From positions 2,575,684 to 2,639,683 of the forward strand of contig OZ241345.1 in assembly GCA_965200175.1 (NCBI GenBank): a DNA stretch of 64,000 bases, given 5' to 3'. This document shows positions 28,097 to 37,592 of this stretch, piece after piece; the first letter of the stretch is position 1, and the number at the start of each line of letters is the position of its first letter. The translations under genes were made by a program, and so were the position numbers. A model generated the notes under the pieces. The model did no database searches and was not told the DNA's origin. It worked only from the letters and a program-made list of their open reading frames with translations. Origin of the DNA: Pseudomonadales bacterium. Lineage in GTDB: Bacteria; Pseudomonadota; Gammaproteobacteria; Pseudomonadales; Azotimanducaceae.

Positions 28097-28867
28097 CTAG
28101 CCCAACGGGACCGGCAATTCCAGATGGTCGTCGTAGATGCGCCGTTGATGGGCCCGCAGGCGCGGGGTCAGCGCGGCATTGATGTCCTCGTCGCGGCAGC
28201 TGTAGGCGTCGCGGATCATCGGCAGCGCCGGCAGCTCAGCCTCCGGCAACGGAGCGAAGAGATTGGCGAACGCCGCCCAATAGACATCGATGGCGGACAG
28301 CGCTGCGCCGCACAGCCACCGCCCCTGCCGCAGCCGCCCATCAAGCAGGCCGAGCACCTCCAGCACCCGCGGCTTGGCTTGGCGGGCGTGAACCGGGTTC
28401 AAGCCGTACTTGGCGGCAAGGTACTGCCCTACCCCCGGCGGGAACTTCCCTTCCGTCTCCTCGTGGGACAGGGCGCGTTGCGCCATGACCAGCCGGTAGG
28501 CCCAGCCAAGGCCCATCTGGCCGCAGATTTCGTGGGCCAGGCCGAAGCAGTCCGCCCGCTGCGAAGCGCTGCCGGGAATCAGCGCAGGCTCCGGCGCCAA
28601 CCGTTCCGCGAGGATGAGGATTTCGGCCCAACCGGTTCGCAACGGCTCGTTCTCGAAGGCCACCACCGGAACGGAGGAGTCCCCCGCCCAAGCGGCGACC
28701 GCGCCCTCCTCATCCCCCTCGCCCTGAACGCCGTACTGACAATCCAGCCCCTTGACGTGGAAGATGCCCTTGGCGGCTTCGGCCCAAGGCGTCGGCACGC
28801 CGCGCAGGCAGGCCATGCGCAGCCCCGGCGCCGTTCTGATCTCCGCAATGGTTGCAAATCGAGCCAA
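28097..28867 (-). CDS. Glutathione S-transferase-like protein
   Basis: GST-like N- and C-terminal domains. Proposed TTG start at 28867 with GGAG 9 nt upstream; an alternative ATG lies at 28816. Confidence 0.55.
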   Translation of the reverse strand: MARFATIAEIRTAPGLRMACLRGVPTPWAEAAKGIFHVKGLDCQYGVQGEGDEEGAVAAWAGDSSVPVVAFENEPLRTGWAEILILAERLAPEPALIPGSASQRADCFGLAHEICGQMGLGWAYRLVMAQRALSHEETEGKFPPGVGQYLAAKYGLNPVHARQAKPRVLEVLGLLDGRLRQGRWLCGAALSAIDVYWAAFANLFAPLPEAELPALPMIRDAYSCRDEDINAALTPRLRAHQRRIYDDHLELPVPLG

Positions 28868-29003
28868 GCCGGTTCTCCTAGGCCAACGAAAAGCGCTGCG
28901 CACAAGCAGGCCTCCAAGCTTAACCGCCGCAAGTCTGTGGCCGAGAGCCATCCCATCCAAGTTCCGCCTCCATTTTCACAAACACGCTACCGACTTGGCA
29001 ATT

Positions 29004-29094
29004 GCGCGACCTGACGGTCGCGGATGGAGTTTCGCCTACGCGAAACTCCGCACTCGTCTCGTCGCCCAGGCCAGGTTCCGATATGTTTCTGAGC
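29004..29094. repeat. Family A palindromic element
   Basis: CGCGACC-TGAC-GGTCGCG, then GGAGTTTCGC-CTAC-GCGAAACTCC, then CCAGGTTCCGATATGTTTCTGAGC. Confidence 0.85.
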
Positions 29095-29310
29095 GCTTGC
29101 AATAGGAATCCAGTGCATCCGGAACCACTTGCATCAAGGACATTGCGCTGCGGCGCCGCCCTGGCGGTGTTCCCTGTTCCGGGCGCGCGGATTTGACTCC
29201 CGCGCTTTAGTGCTCGACGCCAACAACCTGCGCATATCTGCTATAAGACGGAACATCTTTGGCGGTTTGCCGGGAGATGCAATCACCACAGCAATGGACA
29301 GGAGACCAGC

Positions 29311-30108
29311 ATGTCAGTCGTGAATTTCGAGCGGCACGGGCACATCGCCCAAATCACCCTCAATCGGCCGGAAGCGCTCAACGCCATCAGCCCGGAGCTG
29401 GCCGTGCGCCTGGACCGCATCTGGCACGAGGTGCGCGACGACGATGCCGTGCGAGTGGCGGTGGTCACCGGCACGGGCCGCTCATTCTGCGCCGGGGCTG
29501 ACCTCGGCCAGATGATTCCGCTGATGTCCGGCGCCCGCCAGCCGGAAAACGAGTGGGATGAGCAGCTGCTGAAGGATCCCGGGATCGGCGGGCGCGCCCT
29601 GCTGCGCAACTTCGACCCCGACAAGCCGATCATCGCCGCCCTCAACGGCCATGCCATCGCCGGCGGGATGGAACTGGTTCAGGGCACCGACATCCGCATC
29701 GCCGCGCCCGCCGCCAAGCTGGGCGTGCAGGAGGTCAAGTGGGCGCTGTTTCCGGCGGGCGGCTCCAGCGTGCGCCTGCCCAGCCAGCTGCCCTTCAGCA
29801 AGGCGATGGAACTGCTCCTGACCGGCGACCTGATCAGTGCTGAGGAGGCGCTGGCGCTCGGCTTCCTGAACGACGTGGACAACAAGCCGCTGGAGCGGGC
29901 CATGACGATCGCCGCAAAGATCGCCGCCAACGGCCCCTTGGCCGTGCGGGCGATACGGCGCTCCGCCCGAGCCTGCCTCGGCTTGCCGGAAGCCGAGGCG
30001 CTGAAGGTCGAGAGCCGGTTCTCGGCCCCGGTCTTTCAAACCGAGGATGCCCGGGAAGGCCCGCGCGCCTTCATGGAAAAACGCCAACCCAACTACCAAG
30101 GCCGCTAG
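29311..30108 (+). CDS. Enoyl-CoA hydratase/isomerase (crotonase) family
   Basis: FCAGADL and ALNGHAIAGGMEL crotonase motifs. Confidence 0.85.
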   Translation: MSVVNFERHGHIAQITLNRPEALNAISPELAVRLDRIWHEVRDDDAVRVAVVTGTGRSFCAGADLGQMIPLMSGARQPENEWDEQLLKDPGIGGRALLRNFDPDKPIIAALNGHAIAGGMELVQGTDIRIAAPAAKLGVQEVKWALFPAGGSSVRLPSQLPFSKAMELLLTGDLISAEEALALGFLNDVDNKPLERAMTIAAKIAANGPLAVRAIRRSARACLGLPEAEALKVESRFSAPVFQTEDAREGPRAFMEKRQPNYQGR

Positions 30109-30117
30109 AGGCCGGCC

Positions 30118-30750
30118 ATGATCAGCTTGCTGCTCGGCGGTCAGTACGTGGTCTTCGCGCTGCTGCTGATCGCACTGGTCGTGTCCCTGTCCTTCCACGA
30201 GTTCGGCCACGCGCTGGTGGCCAAGTGGCATGGCGACGACACGGCCGAGCGGGCTGGCCGGCTGACCGTCAATCCGCTGGCCCACATCGATCCGGTCGGA
30301 TTGCTGATGGTGGTGCTGGTGGGCTTCGGCTACGCCAAGCCGGTGCCCACCGATCCGCGCAACTTCCGTTCGGCAACGTCGGACCTTTGGATCGCCGCGG
30401 CCGGACCGGCCATGAACCTGCTGCTGGCCCTATGCACTTGGAACTTCTATCTGGCGCTTCGGGCCAACGGTTGGGAGAATGCGGGCGCGGCGGCGTTCTT
30501 CACCCTGCTGGCGCAAATCAACCTGCTGCTGATGGTCTTCAACCTGATTCCCTTGGGGCCTCTGGACGGGCACTACATCCTCCCCCACTTCCTGCCTGCC
30601 CGTTGGGCCATGCGGTACCGTCAGTTCAACCACCGCTACGGCACCGGGGTTTTCCTGACCCTGATCGTGCTGGGCATCGCCGGGCTGCCCTTGTTTCGAT
30701 TCCTAGCGGAGTTTTCATTCAGCCTGTTGGGCTGGATCACGCTGCTTTGA
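30118..30750 (+). CDS. Site-2 protease (peptidase M50) family membrane metalloprotease
   Basis: HEFGHALVAKWHG (HExxH) in TM1 and a later NLIPLGPLDG motif. Confidence 0.85.
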   Translation: MISLLLGGQYVVFALLLIALVVSLSFHEFGHALVAKWHGDDTAERAGRLTVNPLAHIDPVGLLMVVLVGFGYAKPVPTDPRNFRSATSDLWIAAAGPAMNLLLALCTWNFYLALRANGWENAGAAAFFTLLAQINLLLMVFNLIPLGPLDGHYILPHFLPARWAMRYRQFNHRYGTGVFLTLIVLGIAGLPLFRFLAEFSFSLLGWITLL

Positions 30751-30825
30751 GCGCCATCTGCGCAACTCGCAAGGACGATGGTTCGCCGGTCCGACGTTCG
30801 CTTGTCCGGCTTGCCCGGCGAGTAT

Positions 30826-31014
30826 GCGCGCGGGCTTGGAAGCATATCGAACTTGGTTCACGCAACCGGTGCGGAGTTTCGCATCAGCGAAACTCCAACG
30901 CACCCGCGAGGCGGGGGCGCGGGCTCGGAAGCATATCGAACTTGGCTCAGGCAACGGGCGCGGAGTTTCGCGCAGCGAAACTCCAACCGCCTCTCGCCCT
31001 CAGGCGAGAGGCGC
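30826..31014. repeat. Family A palindromic elements, two tandem copies in inverted orientation
   Basis: GGAAGCATATCGAACTTGG ... GGAGTTTCGC-N-GCGAAACTCC occurs twice. It ends with CCTCTCGCCC-TCA-GGCGAGAGG. Confidence 0.85.
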
Positions 31015-31084
31015 GTGTGGCAAAACATGGCAAAGAACACTAAGATACTGTCAATGCTAATGACTTCCTAAGGGGTGAGGCATA

Positions 31085-31651
31085 ATGTTCGACAAGTTTG
31101 ACAAGCGCAACCCGGCGGCGCCGCGCAGCCCAGCGGCGCAGCAAGCAGTCCCGGCGGCTGTTCCGGAAGCCCAGTCCGGGCAACCGCCTCCTGGGCCGCG
31201 AACGAATCCTCAGGCGGAAGCCTCCATCGGGCCTGGGCTCAAGGTGTCCGGCGAGGTGTCAGGCAAGGCGGACCTAAGAGTTGAAGGCACCATTGAGGGC
31301 AGCATCCACTTGCCCGGCAACAAGGTCACAATAGCTCAGTCCGGAAACGTCAAGGCCAACATCACCGCCGCCTCCGTAACCGTCAGCGGTCGGGTCGTGG
31401 GCGACATAGAGGGCCATGAGTCAGTGGTGCTCACCAAGACCTCGGTGATGCGCGGCAACATCAACGGACCGCAGGTGAGCCTCGAAGCCGGCAGCAAGTT
31501 CCAAGGCAGCATCGACAGCGCCCCCAGCAAGGATGAGGCCAAGCAACCTGCCGAACCTGTCGCTCCCATCTCCAAAAAGCCGGCCACCGTCAAGGACGCG
31601 CCGGCGCGGGCAGCGGCGCCCCAATCCAAGGAAAGCGCCGCAAGGCATTGA
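31085..31651 (+). CDS. Bactofilin (polymer-forming cytoskeletal protein)
   Basis: Central beta-helix repeat region (KVSGEVSGKADLRVEGTIEGSI...VSGRVVGDIEG...MRGNINGPQVSLEAGSKFQGSI) with disordered Pro/Ala-rich ends. Confidence 0.85.
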   Translation: MFDKFDKRNPAAPRSPAAQQAVPAAVPEAQSGQPPPGPRTNPQAEASIGPGLKVSGEVSGKADLRVEGTIEGSIHLPGNKVTIAQSGNVKANITAASVTVSGRVVGDIEGHESVVLTKTSVMRGNINGPQVSLEAGSKFQGSIDSAPSKDEAKQPAEPVAPISKKPATVKDAPARAAAPQSKESAARH

Positions 31652-31672
31652 TTCCGGGCGGATAGGCAAGTT

Positions 31673-32512
31673 GTGAGTTTCCAAGCGCAGACATACCCGC
31701 CGCAGCCGCCGACCCCTCCCTCCACCCTCATCGAGAGCGCCTTGATGGATTGGGTGTTGGACGATCTCGGCGCTCAGCGGCAGCTCAACGTGCTGGACAT
31801 CGGCCCGGCCATGCCGGAGACCGTCGAGCTTCTGCATGCCAAGGGCTGTCGCCTGGGCATTGCCGACCTGTTCGAGACCGGGATCATCGAGCAGCAGCGC
31901 CACTTAGACCATGACAGCTTGGCAGACCGCTTCAAGGAAGCGCTTTGGATGGTCAACGGACCGCTGCACGTCTGCCTGCTCTGGGACTTTCTCAACTATC
32001 TCTCCCCCCAGGCGCTAAGCGCCTTCAACCAAGCCCTCAAGCCCTGGATCACCCGGCGCACCCGGGCCCATGCATTCTGCGTCGCCAAGCGGTCCGCCCC
32101 CCTAATGCAACATCGCTATGGCGTGACCGGCAAGGGCCAAATCCTTCAGACCAGGGCGCCGGAGCAGCCACAGCCCAGCCCACCGGCCCCTTGGCGGCAC
32201 GTCATCCGCCAACTGAACCTGTTCGAGGCCGTCAGGGGCACCTTGCGAACCGGGGGAGTCGTCGAGCTCATCTTGCGAGGGGCGGAACCGCAATCCGCCG
32301 AGACCGCGGCGCAACAGCTTGGGGCCGACGCCGGCCGCGCTCAGGGCCAAGCACCAAAAACCGCAGCGCGACAACCGAGCCGCGCACGACCGGCAAATGC
32401 CGGCGCTCGTGCCAGCGAAGCGCCAAGCCTAGGCAGGGCTGGAGGCCACGGTGGCACTCCCCAGGAGGCCCCCGAAGCGAAGCCCCAAATCCGTCGGCGG
32501 GCCATCGGTTAG
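31673..32512 (+). CDS. Hypothetical protein (possible Rossmann/methyltransferase-like N-terminal half, disordered basic tail)
   Basis: 279-aa ORF starting 22 nt after the bactofilin gene. LNVLDIGPAMPETVELL resembles SAM-binding motif I only weakly. Confidence 0.4.
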   Translation: MSFQAQTYPPQPPTPPSTLIESALMDWVLDDLGAQRQLNVLDIGPAMPETVELLHAKGCRLGIADLFETGIIEQQRHLDHDSLADRFKEALWMVNGPLHVCLLWDFLNYLSPQALSAFNQALKPWITRRTRAHAFCVAKRSAPLMQHRYGVTGKGQILQTRAPEQPQPSPPAPWRHVIRQLNLFEAVRGTLRTGGVVELILRGAEPQSAETAAQQLGADAGRAQGQAPKTAARQPSRARPANAGARASEAPSLGRAGGHGGTPQEAPEAKPQIRRRAIG

Positions 32513-32749
32513 CGTCCCGCTTCGTCCAAGGATCACTAGATGTTCGTCGGCATCCACGGCAGCTACCACTGGGAACTGGACGCGGGCGAACTGCGCATCA
32601 GCAGCGCCGACCCCAACGTGGGGCTGCTGAAGTCCTACCCGGCCCCCGCGGCATTCAACAACGCCGAGCAAGCGCAGTGGTTCGTCCAGGGGCGGATCGA
32701 CATGAACGCCGAGGAGCTGGCCGCGGCGGCAAAGGCCAAGCCAATCCAT

Positions 32750-33646
32750 TCATAGTCCGGACCCACGCATCACCAGCCCGATTTCACTGGCGGTTTCAAA
32801 CTCCGATTCAACGACCAGCCCATGGCGCTTGGCGAACCGGCCAAGGGCCGCCCGCTCCCGGCGGCTGATGTCCCGACGCCGAGCCAGCGCTTGGCGCGAG
32901 CCGGTGAGGACCAGCCAGTCCGCCGGCGCATCCGCCAAGGTCGCCAGCAAGCGGGGCTGCTGGCGCGCCACCACCGGCACCAGCTTCAGCAGGAAGGCCG
33001 CGTCATAGCGCTTGATGCCGGTCTGGCTCTCCAAGGCCGCCCAGCCGTCGCCAATGTCCCAAACGCAGCCTTCCAACAGGCCCGGCGGCGTTTGCGGGCA
33101 GGCGTTCACGGCTTCAACGCAACGCGCATCGCGGTCGCAGGCCACGTAGCGCCGCAAAGCGCCGCCAACCCGGTCGAACGGAAACAGCAAGGGCATCAAG
33201 CCGCAGCCGACGTCCAGGAGGTTGGCGCATTCGCCCCAGACCGGCTGGGTGCGGTCGAGGAATTCAGCCAGGTCCGGCCACCGTTCGGCGGTGCTGGCGT
33301 GAGTTCGGGCCAGGGCCTCGCGCGCCGCTTGGCACGGCGCGCCCGAGACGGCGCCGCGCAAACGTTCAAGCGCCTCGGAAAACTCATCGGCATCCTGGCG
33401 ATAGCGCCGCAATCGATAGTAGATGTCCTTCCTGGCCTGCGACGCCGCCCGCCGATAGAGGCGGGTCCGGGCCAAGGCGCGGGCCGAGGGATTCCTCCGA
33501 GCCAACGCCCGCAACGCCTCATGGCCGCGCCACGCCCCTTCGATGCAGCCACGCGCCTGATCCGCGCCAATGCGGTAGCGCCGGGCCGCCGTCTCGGCCA
33601 ACCGCTCGGCCAATTGCGCCAAGGCCGGCTCCAAGGGGTCACTCAT
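32750..33646 (-). CDS. FmrO-family-like methyltransferase (16S rRNA m7G1405 methyltransferase-like, ArmA/RmtB/Sgm type)
   Basis: ATG at 33646. Blocks that match RmtB from memory: THASTAERWPDL (RmtB LHASTKERLAEL), LLDVGCGLMPLLF (VLDIACGLNPLAL), YVACDRD (GCDIH), DAAFLLKLVPVVARQQ (DLALIFKLLPLLEREQ). Confidence 0.6.
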   Translation of the reverse strand: MSDPLEPALAQLAERLAETAARRYRIGADQARGCIEGAWRGHEALRALARRNPSARALARTRLYRRAASQARKDIYYRLRRYRQDADEFSEALERLRGAVSGAPCQAAREALARTHASTAERWPDLAEFLDRTQPVWGECANLLDVGCGLMPLLFPFDRVGGALRRYVACDRDARCVEAVNACPQTPPGLLEGCVWDIGDGWAALESQTGIKRYDAAFLLKLVPVVARQQPRLLATLADAPADWLVLTGSRQALARRRDISRRERAALGRFAKRHGLVVESEFETASEIGLVMRGSGL

Positions 33647-34676
33647 GCAGCGCCTCCCAAGTGGGGCCGAGCCGACTCTCCGGAAACCAGCGCTGGTGGA
33701 CGTCGAGCAGCTCCGCCAAGCGGCCGTTGAGGTCACCGCCTCGCTCCAGCAGAGCGCGCAGCTCGCGAATGGTGTGACAGATGGTCCACAAGTTGTGCGC
33801 CTTGAGCGCCTCAAAATCCGCAAACACCGCCTCCGCCGTGGGCGCCGCAGCGCAGTGCGGGCAGGGGCAGCGGAACTCGCCCGCCAGCACCCGCCCCGGA
33901 TCGGACAAAGCGCCGTAGGGGGTCATGTACCAACCGCCGCGCGCGTAGTGGGCATAGGAGGAGGAGTCAAAGACATCCGCCCCCAGCGCCACCATGAAGG
34001 GCAGCTCCACCGGCTCGCCGGCGCCATAGACGTGCATCGGCACCCGCTCGCCAACCAACCGGCGCGCATCGCGCAGCACGGCGCCGGCGAAGGCTAGGCT
34101 GTGCGCCCGGTTGAAGAAGGGCACCAGGCTGCCGATGGCCAGGTACTCCACTTCAAGCTCGGCCATGTGGGCGGCGCTGTCGCGGCGGAGGTCCAGAAAG
34201 CGTCCGCCCTGCTGCACCCCGGCCACCAAGCCGCGCTCGGCGATGGCCAACGCCTGGCGCACCCGCTTGTGCGTGGTGCGCAGCTTGCCGAGCGCCACGG
34301 TCCGCGCATCCCCCGGGGGCGTGATGAGGTCCAGCGGCGAGATGATGTCGCTGCCGATGCGGTCCTGAAAGCGCACGATGTCCGCATTCTTCAGGTACAG
34401 CCGTCGGGTCAAGCCCTGAAAGGCCCCCGAGTCGGTGGCGATCAGGCCCGCAAAGCCCGCATGGGCCTTGAGTGACGAGGGGCCCGTAAGCCGTTCGCGC
34501 AAGTCGCGCTGCTTGTAGAGAAAGTAGGCGTTGACGATGCAGCCGTCGATGTCCTCGCGGGCCAGTTGGAACACCGGCTCCCGGGGTTGGTAAACCGGCA
34601 GGAACAGGGGCAGGGCGTGACGCGCCCCGTCCTTGGTCAACAAGGTTCGCCGGCTGCGGCTCGAATCGATGCTCAC
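33639..34676 (-). CDS. tRNA-guanine transglycosylase (TGT) superfamily protein, divergent (archaeosine-TGT/DpdA-like)
   Basis: GTG at 34676. ATDSGAFQ (compare DSGGFQ), YGAGEPVELPFMVALGADVFDSSSY (compare GVGxPxxL...G.DMFD), Zn motif CPCPHC plus a downstream HNLW. Confidence 0.7.
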   Translation of the reverse strand: MSIDSSRSRRTLLTKDGARHALPLFLPVYQPREPVFQLAREDIDGCIVNAYFLYKQRDLRERLTGPSSLKAHAGFAGLIATDSGAFQGLTRRLYLKNADIVRFQDRIGSDIISPLDLITPPGDARTVALGKLRTTHKRVRQALAIAERGLVAGVQQGGRFLDLRRDSAAHMAELEVEYLAIGSLVPFFNRAHSLAFAGAVLRDARRLVGERVPMHVYGAGEPVELPFMVALGADVFDSSSYAHYARGGWYMTPYGALSDPGRVLAGEFRCPCPHCAAAPTAEAVFADFEALKAHNLWTICHTIRELRALLERGGDLNGRLAELLDVHQRWFPESRLGPTWEALHE

Positions 34677-35935
34677 CGGGCGGACGCCCGCGCAGCGCCT
34701 GCCGGCGGCAGGCGCAATAGGCCCACTGCCACGATGGCCAGGCAAATCCCGACAATCACCGTCACGAACGCCGGCTGGTAGCTGCCGGTGGCGTCGAACA
34801 CCCGTGAAGCGAAGGGGAAGCCGAACAGCGTGAACGGCGTGGTCAGCGGCGTCATCAAACCCATCACCCGGGCAAAGTCCGCCCGGCCGAAGAGCGTGCC
34901 GATGAAGATCGTCCACATGGGCAGGCCCGCGCCATAGCCGAGCCCGTAGAACAACGCCGCAACCATCAGCCCGGCGGGGTTCGCCAACGTCAGGATCAGC
35001 GTCAGGCCGACGACTTGCGAAATCAGGGCGATGGCCATCAGCAGCCGCTGGTTCAACACATCAGCCAAGACGCCGAACAGCGGCTTGGCCAAGGCCGCCA
35101 TCAGCGTGGCCGCGGCCACCACTGAGGAGGCCTGGGCAGCGGACAGGCCCAGATCCGTGATGTGGGCGTGCAGGGCCAGCAGCACGGCGCCGACGCTGAA
35201 AAAGCTCGGCCCGACGATGGCCACGAGCAACCAGATGCGGCGGTCCCGCAGCGCCCGGGCGAAAGTCCATGTGGAGGCCGGCTCAACCGGCTCGGCAGCG
35301 CCATCCGCCAGCCGTTGCCCATCCGGCAGCAGGCCCTTCTCCTCCGGGCGGAAGACGGCCGCCTTCCACGCCAAGGGGATCAGCACCGCCCCCAAGCCCA
35401 GGCCCATCAAGGTCACCGCCCAACGCCAGCCCTGGGTTTCCACCAGCCAGGACACGATCGGCACCAGCACCGCGCCGGAGATGGAGATGCCGAGTTGGGA
35501 GATGCCCAAGGCCGTGCCCCGCCGCTTGACGAACCAGTTGGCGATCATCGCGTTGCTGGGCAACGGGCCGATCAGGGTGCTGGCCACGGCCAGCGCCAAG
35601 CCGAAGGTCAAGTAGAGATGCCACAGATGCCGGACCTGCCCGAACGCGACAAAGCCCAGCGTCAGCGCCGCGATGCCGATGGCCAGCAGCTTGCGGATGG
35701 GCGTGCGCAGGATCAGCTTGCCCACCCAAGGGCTTAGCGCAGCCACCACAAAGGTTTGCAGGGAGAAGGCCAAGGACACCGCGAAGCGGTCCGCATCCAA
35801 GGCTTCGCTCAAGGGCTTCTGCAGCACGCCATAGGTGTAGAACATGCCCCCGACGGTGAACTGGGTCATGAAAGTGAAGCCGACGATGGGCCAGCCAAAG
35901 AAGAGCGTTCGCGGCGTACCCGAGGGCGTGCTCAA
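34673..35935 (-). CDS. MFS transporter (12 TM; oxalate/formate antiporter-like subfamily)
   Basis: 420 aa and hydrophobic throughout. Typical MFS loop motif NWFVKRRGTALGI. Confidence 0.85.
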   Translation of the reverse strand: MSTPSGTPRTLFFGWPIVGFTFMTQFTVGGMFYTYGVLQKPLSEALDADRFAVSLAFSLQTFVVAALSPWVGKLILRTPIRKLLAIGIAALTLGFVAFGQVRHLWHLYLTFGLALAVASTLIGPLPSNAMIANWFVKRRGTALGISQLGISISGAVLVPIVSWLVETQGWRWAVTLMGLGLGAVLIPLAWKAAVFRPEEKGLLPDGQRLADGAAEPVEPASTWTFARALRDRRIWLLVAIVGPSFFSVGAVLLALHAHITDLGLSAAQASSVVAAATLMAALAKPLFGVLADVLNQRLLMAIALISQVVGLTLILTLANPAGLMVAALFYGLGYGAGLPMWTIFIGTLFGRADFARVMGLMTPLTTPFTLFGFPFASRVFDATGSYQPAFVTVIVGICLAIVAVGLLRLPPAGAARASAR

Positions 35936-35992
35936 GAGTCATCCCTTTCGATTCGAGCTGATCATTCTATAGACTTGCCCGGTTCCGCCAAA

Positions 35993-36108
35993 GCGCACCC
36001 GCTTCGCGGGTGCGTTGGAGTTTCGCTGCGCGAAACTCTGCGCACGTTGCGCAAGTCAGATTCCGAGATGTTTCTGAGCCCGCACAAAGCGCGACCTGAC
36101 GGTCGCGC
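35993..36108. repeat. Family A palindromic element
   Basis: GCGCACCC-GCTTC-GCGGGTGCG, GGAGTTTCGC-TGC-GCGAAACTC, GTCAGATTCCGAGATGTTTCTGAGC, CGCGACC-TGAC-GGTCGCG. Confidence 0.85.
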
Positions 36109-36207
36109 CTCCGCTGCGTGTCGGTTCGTCATGCCCTCGCTCCGGGGGTCGTGGCCCGAAACAAGCGAACTCCCGGAGCGAGAATGCGAACGCCCATCAG
36201 GGCGGCT

Positions 36208-36576
36208 TCAATTCCCGTCATCAGCCGGCTCGTCAAAGTCCAGCCACCCCACTTGGTAGCCGGGCGGCAGTGGTTCATTGCGCTCAAGGCGTCCGGCGAA
36301 GGACTTCAGATCCTCAATGATCATGAGCAGGTAGGGGTCGCTGGCGGGCCGGACGATGTCGGTGAGCAGCAGCAACTGCTCGACGCACCACCAGAACACG
36401 TCTTCGCCCGGCAGCACCGGCCGGCGCGGCGGCATGACCTCGACTTGCTCCTCGTCATCAAGAACCCGGCTCAGGAACTCCATGACTTCGGCATTGCCCT
36501 GCACGGCGGGCGAGGCGTTCCTGAGGGTCTCGATCAGCTGCGGCTTGTGCCGCTCCATTAGTTCCTGGGCTTCCAT
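36208..36576 (-). CDS. Hypothetical acidic protein
   Basis: ORF with ATG at 36576 (MEAQELMERH...). No recognisable motif. Confidence 0.4.
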   Translation of the reverse strand: MEAQELMERHKPQLIETLRNASPAVQGNAEVMEFLSRVLDDEEQVEVMPPRRPVLPGEDVFWWCVEQLLLLTDIVRPASDPYLLMIIEDLKSFAGRLERNEPLPPGYQVGWLDFDEPADDGN

Positions 36577-36752
36577 GCGGGGCTCTCCATTGGCTGGTTG
36601 GAACCTCAATTATCGAAGGAAACAGGAGCAGGGGAAGTCGATTTCGCTGCACGCCTTGTGCGACTTTCGCCATTCCTGCGCCATTTCTGCACCGATGCGC
36701 GCCCATACCCGTTACAGTAGCGGCAAACCGCTGCAACCAAAGGAGAACCGCC

Positions 36753-37592
36753 ATGGCTTACGCCTACGATCGGCTGGCCGTTGGGATTTCGGGGCGAATC
36801 GCCACCGTCACCATCAACAATCCGCCCATCAACCTAATGAACCAAGCCCTGTACGTTGAGTTGATGAAGCTGTCCGCGGAACTGAAGGCGGACCCAACCT
36901 TGTCGGTGGTGGTGCTCAGGAGCGCCGACCCCGACTTCTTCATCGCCCACTTCGACGTCGAGGCCATTCTCGGCTTTCCCGTCGAGGGCGCGGCGCAGCG
37001 GGACTCGGAACTCAACCCCTTCCACCAGATGTGCGAGCGCTTCAGGACCATGGACAAGGTGGTCATCGCCCAAATTGAAGGCCGGGTGGGCGGCGGCGGC
37101 AGCGAGTTGGCGGCCAGCTGTGACCTGCGCTACGGCGTGTACGGCAAGACCGTCATCAACCAGATGGAAGTGCCCATCGGCATCCTGCCGGGCGGCACCG
37201 GCACCCAGCGCCTGCCGCGCCTGGTGGGCCGCGGACGGGCCTTGGAAATCATCCTCGGCGGCGGCGACCTTGATGCGGAAACGGCCGAACGCTGGGGATA
37301 TCTCAACCGCATCTTCGCCGCCGACGGCATTGGGCCCTTCGTCGATGAGCTGGCGGCGCGAATCGCCTCCTTCCCGATCGAAGCCGTGCGCTTGGCCAAG
37401 GAGGCCGTCAACGGCGCGGAGCAGCCGCTGGCCGAGGGCCTGCTCGACGAGGCCTACTTGTTCCAACGGCTGCTGCGCACCGACGGCGCGCAAAGCGCCA
37501 TGCGCCGGTTCCTGGAAGTTGGCGGGCAGACCCGGGAGGGGGAACTGCGGGTGGCGGAGCTCAGCCGGCAGGTTGCGGACGGGTTGGACTAG
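36753..37592 (+). CDS. Enoyl-CoA hydratase/isomerase family protein
   Basis: Crotonase fold motifs (ADPDFFIAHFD, AQIEGRVGGGGSELA). Confidence 0.8.
   Translation: MAYAYDRLAVGISGRIATVTINNPPINLMNQALYVELMKLSAELKADPTLSVVVLRSADPDFFIAHFDVEAILGFPVEGAAQRDSELNPFHQMCERFRTMDKVVIAQIEGRVGGGGSELAASCDLRYGVYGKTVINQMEVPIGILPGGTGTQRLPRLVGRGRALEIILGGGDLDAETAERWGYLNRIFAADGIGPFVDELAARIASFPIEAVRLAKEAVNGAEQPLAEGLLDEAYLFQRLLRTDGAQSAMRRFLEVGGQTREGELRVAELSRQVADGLD

Noticed and set aside
32540-32755. 71-aa plus-strand ORF convergent with the methyltransferase gene
   Set aside because: It has no recognisable motif and no clear RBS, and it overlaps the stop region of the FmrO-like gene. There is not enough evidence to list it as a gene.
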